DNA of 50,372 nt. Origin: an uncultured Nitrosomonas sp. (lineage in GTDB: Bacteria > Pseudomonadota > Gammaproteobacteria > Burkholderiales > Nitrosomonadaceae). Position 1 is the first letter of the stretch, and every line of letters begins with the position of its first letter. Location: the NCBI GenBank assembly GCA_963975255.1, contig CAXBGL010000001.1, positions 1 through 50,372 on the forward strand, read 5' to 3'. Made by a program: the position numbers and the translations under genes. This document shows positions 32,743-42,080 of the stretch, one piece after another. The notes under the pieces are model-generated. The model was not told the origin of the DNA and searched no databases. It worked only from the letters and a program-made list of their open reading frames with translations.

Positions 32743-35274
32743 ATGAGTAAGTCACTGATTATAGCAGAGAAACCTTCTGTTGCAACAGATATTACGCGCG
32801 TACTGGGTAACTTTATTAAGCATACGGACTACTTTGAAAGCGATCAATACATCGTTTCATCAGCAATTGGCCACTTACTGGAACTTGTTATTCCCAAAGA
32901 ACATGAAGTGAAACGTGGCAAATGGAGTTTCGCCAATTTGCCAGTCATTCCACCTCACTTTGATCTAAATCCTATTGAAAAAACAGCATCGCGTCTGAAG
33001 CTTCTAACCAAGCTTATTAAACGAAAAGATGTGGACACACTAATCAACGCATGTGATGCAGGGCGTGAAGGCGAATTGATTTTTTATTATATTGCACGCC
33101 ATGTTGGCACAAAAAAACCCATTAAACGACTCTGGTTACAATCCATGACACCTGATTCAATTCGGCAAGGTTTTACAAAACTACTGGACAATGCTGAAGT
33201 AGAATCACTGGCTGAGGCGGCAGTAAGCCGTTCAGAATCTGACTGGCTGGTTGGAATTAATGGTACGCGCGCCATGACTGCATTTAATTCTCAGGAAGGC
33301 GGATTTCATAAAACGACTGTTGGGCGCGTACAAACACCAACACTAGCAATTCTTGTTGAGCGTGAAGAAAAAATTAAAAAATTCGTACCCCATAGTTACT
33401 GGGAAATTCACGGCACTTTTGCGACTGAAAATGGAAACTACCATGGCAAGTGGTTTGACGAAAAATTCTCTAAGGATAAAGCAAACAACGAATTAAAAGC
33501 TGAGCGCTTATGGGAACAAAATGAAGCTGAAACGATTCGCAACAAATGCCAAGGAAAACCTGCTAGCGTTAGCGAGGAAAGCAAACCAGCTAAAGAAACC
33601 TGCCCATTGTTGTATGATCTCACCAGTCTGCAACGCGATGCCAACAGTCGTTTTGGATTTTCTGCAAAAGTGACACTCAGTCTAGCCCAGGCTTTATACG
33701 AGCGGCATAAAATGCTCACTTATCCACGTACCGATTCACGTGCATTGCCAGAAGACTATATCGCCACAGTTAAAGACACGCTGCATACTCTCGGGAAAAC
33801 AAACTACGGGGAATTTGCAGGACAAATCCTTCAATCAGACTGGGTTAAGCCTAATAAGCGCATTTTCAATAATACAAAGATTTCTGACCATTTTGCCATT
33901 ATTCCTACGTCCATTGAGCCCAAGAAATTAAACGAAGCTGAGGAAAAACTTTACGATCTGGTCACGAAACGTTTTCTGGCAATTTTTTACCCCGCTGCCG
34001 AGTTTCTAGTTACCACCCGAATTACCCGCGTTGAGAATGAACCCTTCAAGACTGAAGGCAAAGTAATGGTCAATCCTGGATGGCAAACCGTTTACGGCAA
34101 AAATATTAAAAGTAACGATACTAAAGAAGACACAACACTTATAGCCATTACATCAGAAACCTCTGTTACAACAGAAGAAATAGAAGTCATCAGCAACCAA
34201 ACGCGACCACCTGCCAGGTTTAATGAAGCCACATTATTATCCGCTATGGAAAGTGCAGGAAAATTGGTTGAAGATGAGGAACTACGCGAAGCCATGAGTA
34301 CAAAAGGACTGGGCACCCCAGCCACTCGTGCTGCGATTATTGAAGGCTTGGTATTCGAAAATTATCTCCTGCGAATGGGGCGGGAGCTTCATCCCACTGC
34401 CAAGGCATTTTCTCTCATCACCTTATTACGTGGCCTAAAAGTACCTGAACTTATTTCACCTGAACTAACGGGTGACTGGGAATTTCAACTACGTCAGATT
34501 GAACAAGGCAAACTAAAACGTAGTGTATTTATGGACAAGATAGCCGAAATGACACGCCATATTGTTGAACAGGCAAAAAGTCATCGAGGCGAAACCATCA
34601 GTGGTGACTTTTCCACACTTAAATCACCCTGTCCAAAATGTGGTGGCGTCATTCATGAGACTTACAAAAAATTTCAATGTCAAAAGTGTGAATTCGCACT
34701 TTGGAAAATTTTGGCTGGGCGTCAATTTGAAGTCGATGAAATGGAAACATTAATCACCGAACGTGAAGTAGGTCCATTACAAGGTTTTCGTAGCAAAATG
34801 GGCCGTTTATTTAATGCCAACATCAAACTCACTGATGCGTTTGAAATGAAATTTGACTTTGGTAATGATGATGAAAATAATGAAGAAGTCGATTTTACAG
34901 ACCAAGTTGCATTAGGAAAATGTCCCCAATGCAACCATGCAGTTTATGAACATGGTATGCGCTATATCTGTGAAAAAACTGTCGGTGCTACGCGTTCGTG
35001 TAGTTTTAAAACAGGAAAAATTATCCTTAATCGCCCTATTGAACGCGAACAAGTTATTAAGTTATTAGAAACGGGTAAAACTGACTTACTCACAAAATTT
35101 ATTTCCAAAAAAGGACGACCCTTCTCTGCATATCTGGTAACCAACGCAGATGGGAAAATTGGATTTGAATTTGAACCGAGAAAAGCCAAGAAAAAAACTG
35201 AAACTAAAACTAAAACAAAGCAACCAAAAGCCAAATCACCAGGAAACACAAAAACAACTTCAGAAACGACCTAA
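32743..35274 (+). CDS. topB: DNA topoisomerase III (type IA)
   Basis: IAEKPSVA, DAGREGELI, VGRVQTPTL, TYPRTDS, GLGTPATRA, C-terminal Zn-ribbon repeats. Confidence 0.93.
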   Translation: MSKSLIIAEKPSVATDITRVLGNFIKHTDYFESDQYIVSSAIGHLLELVIPKEHEVKRGKWSFANLPVIPPHFDLNPIEKTASRLKLLTKLIKRKDVDTLINACDAGREGELIFYYIARHVGTKKPIKRLWLQSMTPDSIRQGFTKLLDNAEVESLAEAAVSRSESDWLVGINGTRAMTAFNSQEGGFHKTTVGRVQTPTLAILVEREEKIKKFVPHSYWEIHGTFATENGNYHGKWFDEKFSKDKANNELKAERLWEQNEAETIRNKCQGKPASVSEESKPAKETCPLLYDLTSLQRDANSRFGFSAKVTLSLAQALYERHKMLTYPRTDSRALPEDYIATVKDTLHTLGKTNYGEFAGQILQSDWVKPNKRIFNNTKISDHFAIIPTSIEPKKLNEAEEKLYDLVTKRFLAIFYPAAEFLVTTRITRVENEPFKTEGKVMVNPGWQTVYGKNIKSNDTKEDTTLIAITSETSVTTEEIEVISNQTRPPARFNEATLLSAMESAGKLVEDEELREAMSTKGLGTPATRAAIIEGLVFENYLLRMGRELHPTAKAFSLITLLRGLKVPELISPELTGDWEFQLRQIEQGKLKRSVFMDKIAEMTRHIVEQAKSHRGETISGDFSTLKSPCPKCGGVIHETYKKFQCQKCEFALWKILAGRQFEVDEMETLITEREVGPLQGFRSKMGRLFNANIKLTDAFEMKFDFGNDDENNEEVDFTDQVALGKCPQCNHAVYEHGMRYICEKTVGATRSCSFKTGKIILNRPIEREQVIKLLETGKTDLLTKFISKKGRPFSAYLVTNADGKIGFEFEPRKAKKKTETKTKTKQPKAKSPGNTKTTSETT

Positions 35275-35394
35275 GGTTCATAGTTAAAATCAAATAAAGC
35301 AATACAACACACGACCCAAAAATCGTGAAGATATTCGGGCCTTGCTCATTGACGTGCTGTTGTATAGCCCGAATACCGGCATAACTTGATGATA

Positions 35395-35643
35395 TCAAGA
35401 ATAAAAATTTATGACATACTTAACGATTCCCCCTACCGCCATAATAATCATGATTAACCCACCGATTAAAGCCGTTCCTTCTAAGATTATGGAAAAAAAA
35501 GCATTACCTGTTGTTTCAAATGCTTCATCCCCCAATTCGTTTTGTCGTTTTTCTTTACGATTCCTCACCCATAACTGCAACCAAATAGCCACAGGTATAG
35601 AAAGTAGAAAAAACATTAAAGCAATTTCTGCATCTTCCATCAA
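35395..35643 (-). CDS. Small two-helix membrane protein of unknown function
   Basis: 82 aa; two hydrophobic segments flanking a charged loop; SD GAGGT upstream. Confidence 0.7.
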   Translation of the reverse strand: MMEDAEIALMFFLLSIPVAIWLQLWVRNRKEKRQNELGDEAFETTGNAFFSIILEGTALIGGLIMIIMAVGGIVKYVINFYS

Positions 35644-36003
35644 TCAACCTCACTCTTGTAATTAGAACAGTATCATCTGCACTGTATATTGTTACGCAGC
35701 AACAGGATCATAGTAATCTTTAAAACATCTCAAAATTTAAGCCTCAAGCCGAGGTATCTGCTTAAAATTTACGGTAATAGATTACCTTAAACAAAAAGCC
35801 TTGATAAATATTTTTTCCAAATTCGTTTCCACATAAAAATCCCTGCAATCAAATATTCAATTAAAATTAATAGCCTACCACTACTACCAGACATGATATG
35901 CACGTTATGGAAAATCTTTAGATATGAATTCTGAAATTCACAAAATCATCTTACCCCTGTTTTATATGAGATATCATCATAAGCTTTACACGTCAGATAC
36001 ACA

Positions 36004-37317
36004 ATGAAATGGCTTGATCTTCCTGCAGTTAAAACTGCTCAAGGAATAGTACAACTACCTGGGTCTAAAAGCATATCTAACCGGATTCTGTTACTGGCAG
36101 CATTATCAGAAGGCAACACACAAATCCGTGACTTACTGGCTTCTGACGATACCGCACATATGCTGGCTGCTCTCAGAGTATTGGGTATAGCAATTACTCA
36201 AACCAGTGAAAATGATTACCGTGTAGAAGGTGGAAATGGGCAATTCCCAACACATAAAGCAGATTTGTACCTGGGTAATGCAGGCACCGCTTTTCGTCCG
36301 TTGGTTGCTGTACTCGCCTTAATGAAAGGACATTATCGACTAGCAGGTGTAGCACGCATGCATGAACGGCCCATTGCTCATCTCGTTGATGCACTCAGAC
36401 AACTAGGCGCAGATATCACATATCTGGGCAACGAAGGCTTTCCACCTTTGGAAATAAAACCCACAAAAAAACACACCGACAATATCAATACGATAACAGT
36501 GAAAGGAGATGTTTCCAGTCAATTTCTCACTGGATTACTCATGGCTCTACCACTAACGGGCAAGAAATCAATCATAAATGTATTCGGCACATTGATTTCA
36601 CAGCCTTATATTGCGCTTACTCTGGCACAAATGGAGCGTTTTGGCGTACAAGCTGAATGTCATGAGTGGCGACAATTTATTCTGCCCGCTAAACAATACT
36701 ATCGTAGCCCCAGCCAAGTAGTGGTAGAAGGTGACGCATCCTCAGCCTCCTATTTTCTTGCCGCAGGTGCCATTGGAGGCGGCCCAGTACGTGTCCAGGG
36801 TGTTGGTCGCGATAGCCTACAAGGAGACATCCGTTTTGCCGAGGCACTGGAAAAGATGGGCGCACACATTTCGCTGGGAGACAATTGGATTGAAGCACAC
36901 ACATTACACCCAACCAATCCGCACGACAAAACCTTAAAGGCGATTGATCTCGATTGCAATCATATCCCTGATGCAGCCATGACACTCGCCATAATTGCAT
37001 TATTTGCCAAGGGGGTCACCACACTCAGAAATATCGCCAGTTGGCGATTAAAAGAAACCGATCGGCTTACAGCCATGTCAAAAGAATTACGCAAACTGGG
37101 TGCCCACGTAGATGAAGGCGCCGATTTCTTGCGCATTACCCCGCCTGTTACGGGTCTTACCCGTAATGCAGCCATTGACACCTATGACGATCATCGTATG
37201 GCCATGTGCTTCTCATTGGCCTCTTTGGGCGCGCCTGTTCGCATTAACGACCCTGACTGCGTATCCAAAACGTTTCCTGATTATTTTGAAAAATTTACAC
37301 ACATAGTTAGCCCTTAA
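36004..37317 (+). CDS. aroA: 3-phosphoshikimate 1-carboxyvinyltransferase (EPSP synthase)
   Basis: [35 protein letters not shown]. Confidence 0.98.
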   Translation: MKWLDLPAVKTAQGIVQLPGSKSISNRILLLAALSEGNTQIRDLLASDDTAHMLAALRVLGIAITQTSENDYRVEGGNGQFPTHKADLYLGNAGTAFRPLVAVLALMKGHYRLAGVARMHERPIAHLVDALRQLGADITYLGNEGFPPLEIKPTKKHTDNINTITVKGDVSSQFLTGLLMALPLTGKKSIINVFGTLISQPYIALTLAQMERFGVQAECHEWRQFILPAKQYYRSPSQVVVEGDASSASYFLAAGAIGGGPVRVQGVGRDSLQGDIRFAEALEKMGAHISLGDNWIEAHTLHPTNPHDKTLKAIDLDCNHIPDAAMTLAIIALFAKGVTTLRNIASWRLKETDRLTAMSKELRKLGAHVDEGADFLRITPPVTGLTRNAAIDTYDDHRMAMCFSLASLGAPVRINDPDCVSKTFPDYFEKFTHIVSP

Positions 37318-37366
37318 TTTAAAATGAATTTTTATATACAACTATTATTAAATCGTGAGGCAATGT

Positions 37367-38041
37367 ATGGAAACCAATGACATTCCAGTCATTGCCATTG
37401 ATGGTCCTTCAGCTTCTGGGAAGGGTACCATTGCTCAATTGGTCGCAAAGAAATTGGGCTTTCATTATCTTGATAGTGGCGCGCTGTATCGCTTGGTAGC
37501 ATTGAAAGCCATGCAATGTGACGCAGATTTTAGCGACATAAAATTCCTGGCTAATATTGCCCGACAACTTGATGTTGTTTTTGCAGATGAAAAAATTCGA
37601 TTGGAAAACAAAGATGTTTCTGATTCTATCCGTATGGAACAATGTGGCATCAAAGCATCTCAACTTGCGTCTTATCCGCAAGTTAGAGAAGCATTAATAG
37701 CCCGGCAGCATGCATTCCGCCAGCCGCCTGGTTTAGTAACGGATGGACGCGATATGGGATCGGTGATATTCCCGGATGCTGTCCTCAAAATATTTCTTAC
37801 AGCCAGTGCCGAAGTTCGTGCAAAACGGCGTTATAAGCAGTTGATGGAGAAAGGAATAAATGCTAATATGCACGTCTTATTGCAAGACATCCAGGATCGT
37901 GATGCACGCGACAGTGGTCGTAGCATAGCGCCCTTGCAACAAGGTGCAGATGCAAGGTTATTAGACACAAGCTCGCTTTCAATTATTCGTACCTCGGCTG
38001 AAGTACTCGCTTGGTATAATGAACGCTGCATAAACAAATAG
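37367..38041 (+). CDS. cmk: Cytidylate kinase
   Basis: IDGPSASGKGT, DSGALYR, DGRDMG. Confidence 0.98.
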   Translation: METNDIPVIAIDGPSASGKGTIAQLVAKKLGFHYLDSGALYRLVALKAMQCDADFSDIKFLANIARQLDVVFADEKIRLENKDVSDSIRMEQCGIKASQLASYPQVREALIARQHAFRQPPGLVTDGRDMGSVIFPDAVLKIFLTASAEVRAKRRYKQLMEKGINANMHVLLQDIQDRDARDSGRSIAPLQQGADARLLDTSSLSIIRTSAEVLAWYNERCINK

Positions 38042-38173
38042 TGTTTAGAATCGAAACACACTGTATTTCTTTGCTACCGCTAAGAAACCAGTAGATTTCT
38101 GTTCAAACAATTTATTAACTAACCCATCCCTCTAAACAATTTAGCGGGATTGATCAACCAGGTAATTTTTATA

Positions 38174-39889
38174 ATGACTACTGCTACTGCTTCCTCTGCA
38201 ACCGACCCTTCAGAAAATTTTGCGCAAATGTTTGAGGAAAGCCTCTCACACCAAGAAATGCGCATTGGTGAAGTGATCACTGCTGAGATTGTCCGCGTTG
38301 ACTACAACATTGTCGTTGTCAATGCTGGACTGAAATCTGAAAGTTTTATTCCTGTCGAAGAATTCAAGAATGACAAAGGCGAAATAGAAGCCAAACCTGG
38401 TGATTTTGTCGGTGTTGCAATCGAGGCGCTAGAAGACGGTTATGGTGAAACCCGTTTATCACGTGACAAAGCGAAACGACTCACAGCATGGCATGATTTA
38501 GAAAAAGCCATGGAGAGTGGTGAGGTCGTAAGTGGCATGGTAAATGGCAAAGTCAAAGGCGGCCTCACTGCGATGATTAACGGCATCCGTGCTTTTCTAC
38601 CTGGCTCACTGGTTGATATTCGTCCAGTTAAAGACACCACGCCTTATGAAAATAAGGAGATGGAATTCAAGGTCATCAAACTTGATCGTAAACGCAACAA
38701 TGTGGTTGTTTCGCGCCGCGCAGTACTGGAAGAAACTCAGGGCGCAGATCGCGAATCATTATTAGCAAGTTTACAAGAAGGTGCCGTTGTCCAAGGAATT
38801 GTCAAAAATATTACTGATTACGGCGCATTTGTTGACTTGGGTGGCATAGACGGCCTGTTGCATATTACTGACCTGGCATGGCGACGTGTCAAGCATCCAT
38901 CTGAAGTGGTCAATATTGGTGATGAAGTGTCCGCAAAAATACTTAAATTTGACCAAGAAAAAAATCGTGTCTCGTTAGGTATGAAACAACTCAGTGAAGA
39001 TCCATGGGTAGGTCTGTCACGACGTTATCCACAGCGTACGCATCTATTTGGAAAGGTTACCAATTTAACTGATTACGGCGCATTTATAGAGATTGAACAG
39101 GGTATTGAAGGCCTGGTTCATGTATCTGAGATGGATTGGACCAACAAGAATGTCTATCCATCTAAAATTGTACAACTGGGTGATGAAGTAGAAGTGATGA
39201 TTCTTGAAATTGATGAAGAACGCCGCCGCATTTCACTCGGCATGAAACAATGCATCCCAAATCCTTGGGATGAGTTCTCCATGAATCATGAGAAAAATGA
39301 TAAGGTTAGTGGGCAAATCAAGTCCATTACCGATTTTGGTGTTTTCATTGGACTACCTGGCAATATTGATGGGCTCGTGCATCTATCTGATTTATCCTGG
39401 AGTCAAGCTGGTGAAGAAGCGGTTTGCAACTACAAGAAGGGTGATGAAGTTGAGGCACTGATACTTTCTATTGATGTAGAGCGTGAACGTATTTCATTGG
39501 GTATCAAACAACTTGAAGGCGATCCTTTTAATAGTTTTGTTGCAGAGCATGACAAAAACAGCATCATAGAAGGAACGGTCAAATCAATTGATGCTAAAGG
39601 AGCCGTCATCGCATTAACGGATGAAATTGAAGCTTATTTACGTGCGTCGGAAGTTTCGCGGGACAGGGTTGAAGACATTCGGACTCATATGAAAGAAGGT
39701 GACAAGATTGAAACAATGATCATCAACATTGATCGCAAGAACCGTACCATCAATCTTTCAATCAAAGCCAAAGATAAGTCCGAAGAAACAACTGCCATGC
39801 AAAAAATCAAGGCACCTGCTAATGCAGGAACAACGAGTTTGGGTGCATTACTCAAAGCTAAGATGGACAGTAAAAATACTGAGCAATAA
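38174..39889 (+). CDS. rpsA: 30S ribosomal protein S1
   Basis: Six S1 repeats ([34 protein letters not shown]). Confidence 0.99.
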   Translation: MTTATASSATDPSENFAQMFEESLSHQEMRIGEVITAEIVRVDYNIVVVNAGLKSESFIPVEEFKNDKGEIEAKPGDFVGVAIEALEDGYGETRLSRDKAKRLTAWHDLEKAMESGEVVSGMVNGKVKGGLTAMINGIRAFLPGSLVDIRPVKDTTPYENKEMEFKVIKLDRKRNNVVVSRRAVLEETQGADRESLLASLQEGAVVQGIVKNITDYGAFVDLGGIDGLLHITDLAWRRVKHPSEVVNIGDEVSAKILKFDQEKNRVSLGMKQLSEDPWVGLSRRYPQRTHLFGKVTNLTDYGAFIEIEQGIEGLVHVSEMDWTNKNVYPSKIVQLGDEVEVMILEIDEERRRISLGMKQCIPNPWDEFSMNHEKNDKVSGQIKSITDFGVFIGLPGNIDGLVHLSDLSWSQAGEEAVCNYKKGDEVEALILSIDVERERISLGIKQLEGDPFNSFVAEHDKNSIIEGTVKSIDAKGAVIALTDEIEAYLRASEVSRDRVEDIRTHMKEGDKIETMIINIDRKNRTINLSIKAKDKSEETTAMQKIKAPANAGTTSLGALLKAKMDSKNTEQ

Positions 39890-39898
39890 GGAACATTC

Positions 39899-40189
39899 AT
39901 GACAAAATCTGAACTAATTGCCAGACTGGCAGAGCGCTTTCCACAACTTGTCACTAAAGATGCGGAACTATCTGTCAAAATGATCATTGATGCGATGACT
40001 AAAAGCTTGTCAGATGGACAGCGCATTGAAATTCGTGGGTTTGGAAGCTTTGACTTAAACTATCGCCCGCCACGTATCGGCCGCAACCCAAAATCTGGTG
40101 AAAAAGTAAAGGTACCTGAGAAATATGTACCCCACTTTAAAGCTGGCAAGGAAATGCGCGAACGCGTCGATTATAAAAAAACCAAATAA
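39899..40189 (+). CDS. ihfB: Integration host factor subunit beta
   Basis: [25 protein letters not shown]. Confidence 0.98.
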   Translation: MTKSELIARLAERFPQLVTKDAELSVKMIIDAMTKSLSDGQRIEIRGFGSFDLNYRPPRIGRNPKSGEKVKVPEKYVPHFKAGKEMRERVDYKKTK

Positions 40190-40205
40190 AGTTAAGCATA
40201 TAGTG

Positions 40206-40256
40206 ACATGTATATGGCAGTGATGTGATTCACTTACTTTCCTGCCATACACATGT
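40206..40256. terminator. Long inverted repeat after ihfB
   Basis: ACATGTATATGGCAG / CTGCCATACACATGT (14/15 complementary), 21-nt loop. Confidence 0.5.
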
Positions 40257-40332
40257 ACTTAACTTTATTAGCAATTATCCTCCAGTTAAATCAAGTCTGA
40301 TATAAAACTGATACTCAGGCAAAGCAATAACT

Positions 40333-40539
40333 ATGTCCCTACTCACATGGCTTCTACGTATAGTTATTTTTTTTCTATTAGTCAGCTTTTCTGCTAAAAA
40401 TTCTGATTCAGTAACAATCTATTATTATCTTGACCAAGTATACGAACTCCCAATCAGTGCTGTTTGTTTAATTTTTCTTGCGCTGGGCGCAGTCATTGGT
40501 TACTTATCCTGTGTTTGCAACCGAAAACAATCGAAGTAA
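40333..40539 (+). CDS. lapA: Short LapA-family (LPS assembly protein A) membrane protein
   Basis: TM - 'F..KN...VT..YY......P' - TM pattern; lies between ihfB and pyrF; only 68 aa. Confidence 0.7.
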   Translation: MSLLTWLLRIVIFFLLVSFSAKNSDSVTIYYYLDQVYELPISAVCLIFLALGAVIGYLSCVCNRKQSK

Positions 40540-40548
40540 GTGCATCGT

Positions 40549-41268
40549 ATGAATGATCCGCGTATTATTGTTGCACTCGACTTTGACTGTGCAGAGAATG
40601 CACTCGCACTCACAGCAAAGCTAGACCCACAATTGTGCCGACTAAAGGTAGGTAAAGAACTGTTTACTATTGCAGGTCCACAGTTGGTAGAGACCTTGAT
40701 GCGGAAAGGATTTGATATTTTCCTCGATTTGAAATTTCATGATATCCCGAATACAGTCGCGGGTGCCTGCAAATCCGCTGCCAGCCTGGGCGTATGGATG
40801 GTGAATGTACATGCATTGGGTGGAAAAAAAATGTTACTTGCCGCGCGTGAAGCCATACCCATGAAATCAACCAAACTCATTGCAGTTACCCTACTCACCA
40901 GCATGGGAAAAAATGACCTGACTGATATTGGTATTCATGATGAACCCTGGCAGGTTGTGCAACGTCTAGCACTATTAGCCAAATATTGTAAGCTGGATGG
41001 TATTGTCTGCTCAGCATTGGAAACCCAACGACTGAGACAACTGATTGGCGATCCCTTTTATCTGGTTACACCTGGAATACGGCCTGCCGACAGTAATTTA
41101 GATGATCAACAACGTGTTACGTCACCCGATAAGGCCATTAGAAATGGCGCAGACTATCTCGTCATTGGTAGACCCATTACACAAGCATCAGACCCACTTA
41201 AAAAATTAGAGCAGTTGAATAAAGAAATAATACCCTTTTGTAATTATCACTCAATATCTTTCTCCTAG
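40549..41268 (+). CDS. pyrF: Orotidine-5'-phosphate decarboxylase
   Basis: IVALD, KVGKELF, DLKFHDIPNTV, VTPGIRP, VIGRPIT. Confidence 0.98.
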   Translation: MNDPRIIVALDFDCAENALALTAKLDPQLCRLKVGKELFTIAGPQLVETLMRKGFDIFLDLKFHDIPNTVAGACKSAASLGVWMVNVHALGGKKMLLAAREAIPMKSTKLIAVTLLTSMGKNDLTDIGIHDEPWQVVQRLALLAKYCKLDGIVCSALETQRLRQLIGDPFYLVTPGIRPADSNLDDQQRVTSPDKAIRNGADYLVIGRPITQASDPLKKLEQLNKEIIPFCNYHSISFS

Positions 41269-41887
41269 CCTGAATATTGCACCAGTACACTAGATTTTAG
41301 TCTGCAACCCTTATGTCTATTGTATAAAACACAGACGTGCCAACGAAACTTCTTGCTTCAATAGTGCACACGTCACACAGACAACAGCATCTTTGCAAAT
41401 AAAGGGACTTTTTATAAATAAGAAAGAGAAAGGATCTACATAGATAGTAGTTGGTAATGCGACACATTATCTAGCTCGACTCTGTGTCTTCAACCCCCTC
41501 GGAAGTGAAGAAAGCTACAATCTCAAATGAGGTGTCATCGCATAGTAGCGCACTCCATCTGTAACTTGCTTTTATATGCAATCCATCCACATTTGTTAAG
41601 CTCCAAAGTGTATTTGTTTGAATATTATTCCAGGCTACACAAAAATCGCTGGCTTCTGATTACTTCTTAAAACCGAATTAATAGGCCATTCGACCGATTT
41701 GCAATAAAATTCAACCCTAACCAATTTCTCAGCTTAGCCGAAAATTACGCTGATATCCCTAAATTCAACATTAATGCATTAATTACCGCCTACTGGATAC
41801 TTAAACACTTCCACACGTTTAACTCTCTCACTAATTTCATCATCCCGTGCGTTTGTAACTTTTGTTCCCATTCACTCTGAATTTGTC

Positions 41888-42066
41888 ATAAGAAAACCCT
41901 TAGCCTACTGTTGCCAAACCAAGGGTTTCTGTTTATTCAATTTATCGTGATGACGCTTTGCTTAACCGCGAGCTAATACCATATAAAATAAAAAACCCCC
42001 AGCCTATTTAATAGACCGAGGGGTTTTTATTCAGTTACGGCACGATGCTTTATTTACGCACCGTAA
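41888..42066. repeat. Degenerate tandem duplication (~90-100 bp unit) containing two terminator-like hairpins
   Basis: Unit A (41888-~41977) AAAACCCTTAGCCTA..ACCAAGGGTTT..TTATTCA..GACGCTTT..TAAT aligns with unit B (~41988-42067) AAAACCCCCAGCCTA..ACCGAGGGGTTT..TTATTCA..GATGCTTT..TAAT. Confidence 0.6.
41986..42030 (-). terminator. Intrinsic terminator of the S-layer gene
   Basis: mRNA-sense stem CCCCUCGGUCUAU / AUAGGCUGGGGG (G-U pairs valid only on the minus strand), followed by UUUUUUAUUUU. Confidence 0.85.
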
Positions 42067-42080
42067 TGAATTAGCAGTTA

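Noticed and set aside
35644-36003. aroA separated from the usual serC-pheA-hisC-tyrA block as a rearrangement or island junction
   Set aside because: No repeats, integrase or att site are visible, and as I recall the topB-aroA-cmk order is ordinary in Nitrosomonas.
41781-41796. ops/JUMPStart-like CCAGTAGGCGGTAA on the minus strand
   Set aside because: Imperfect match, and not positioned upstream of any polysaccharide operon.
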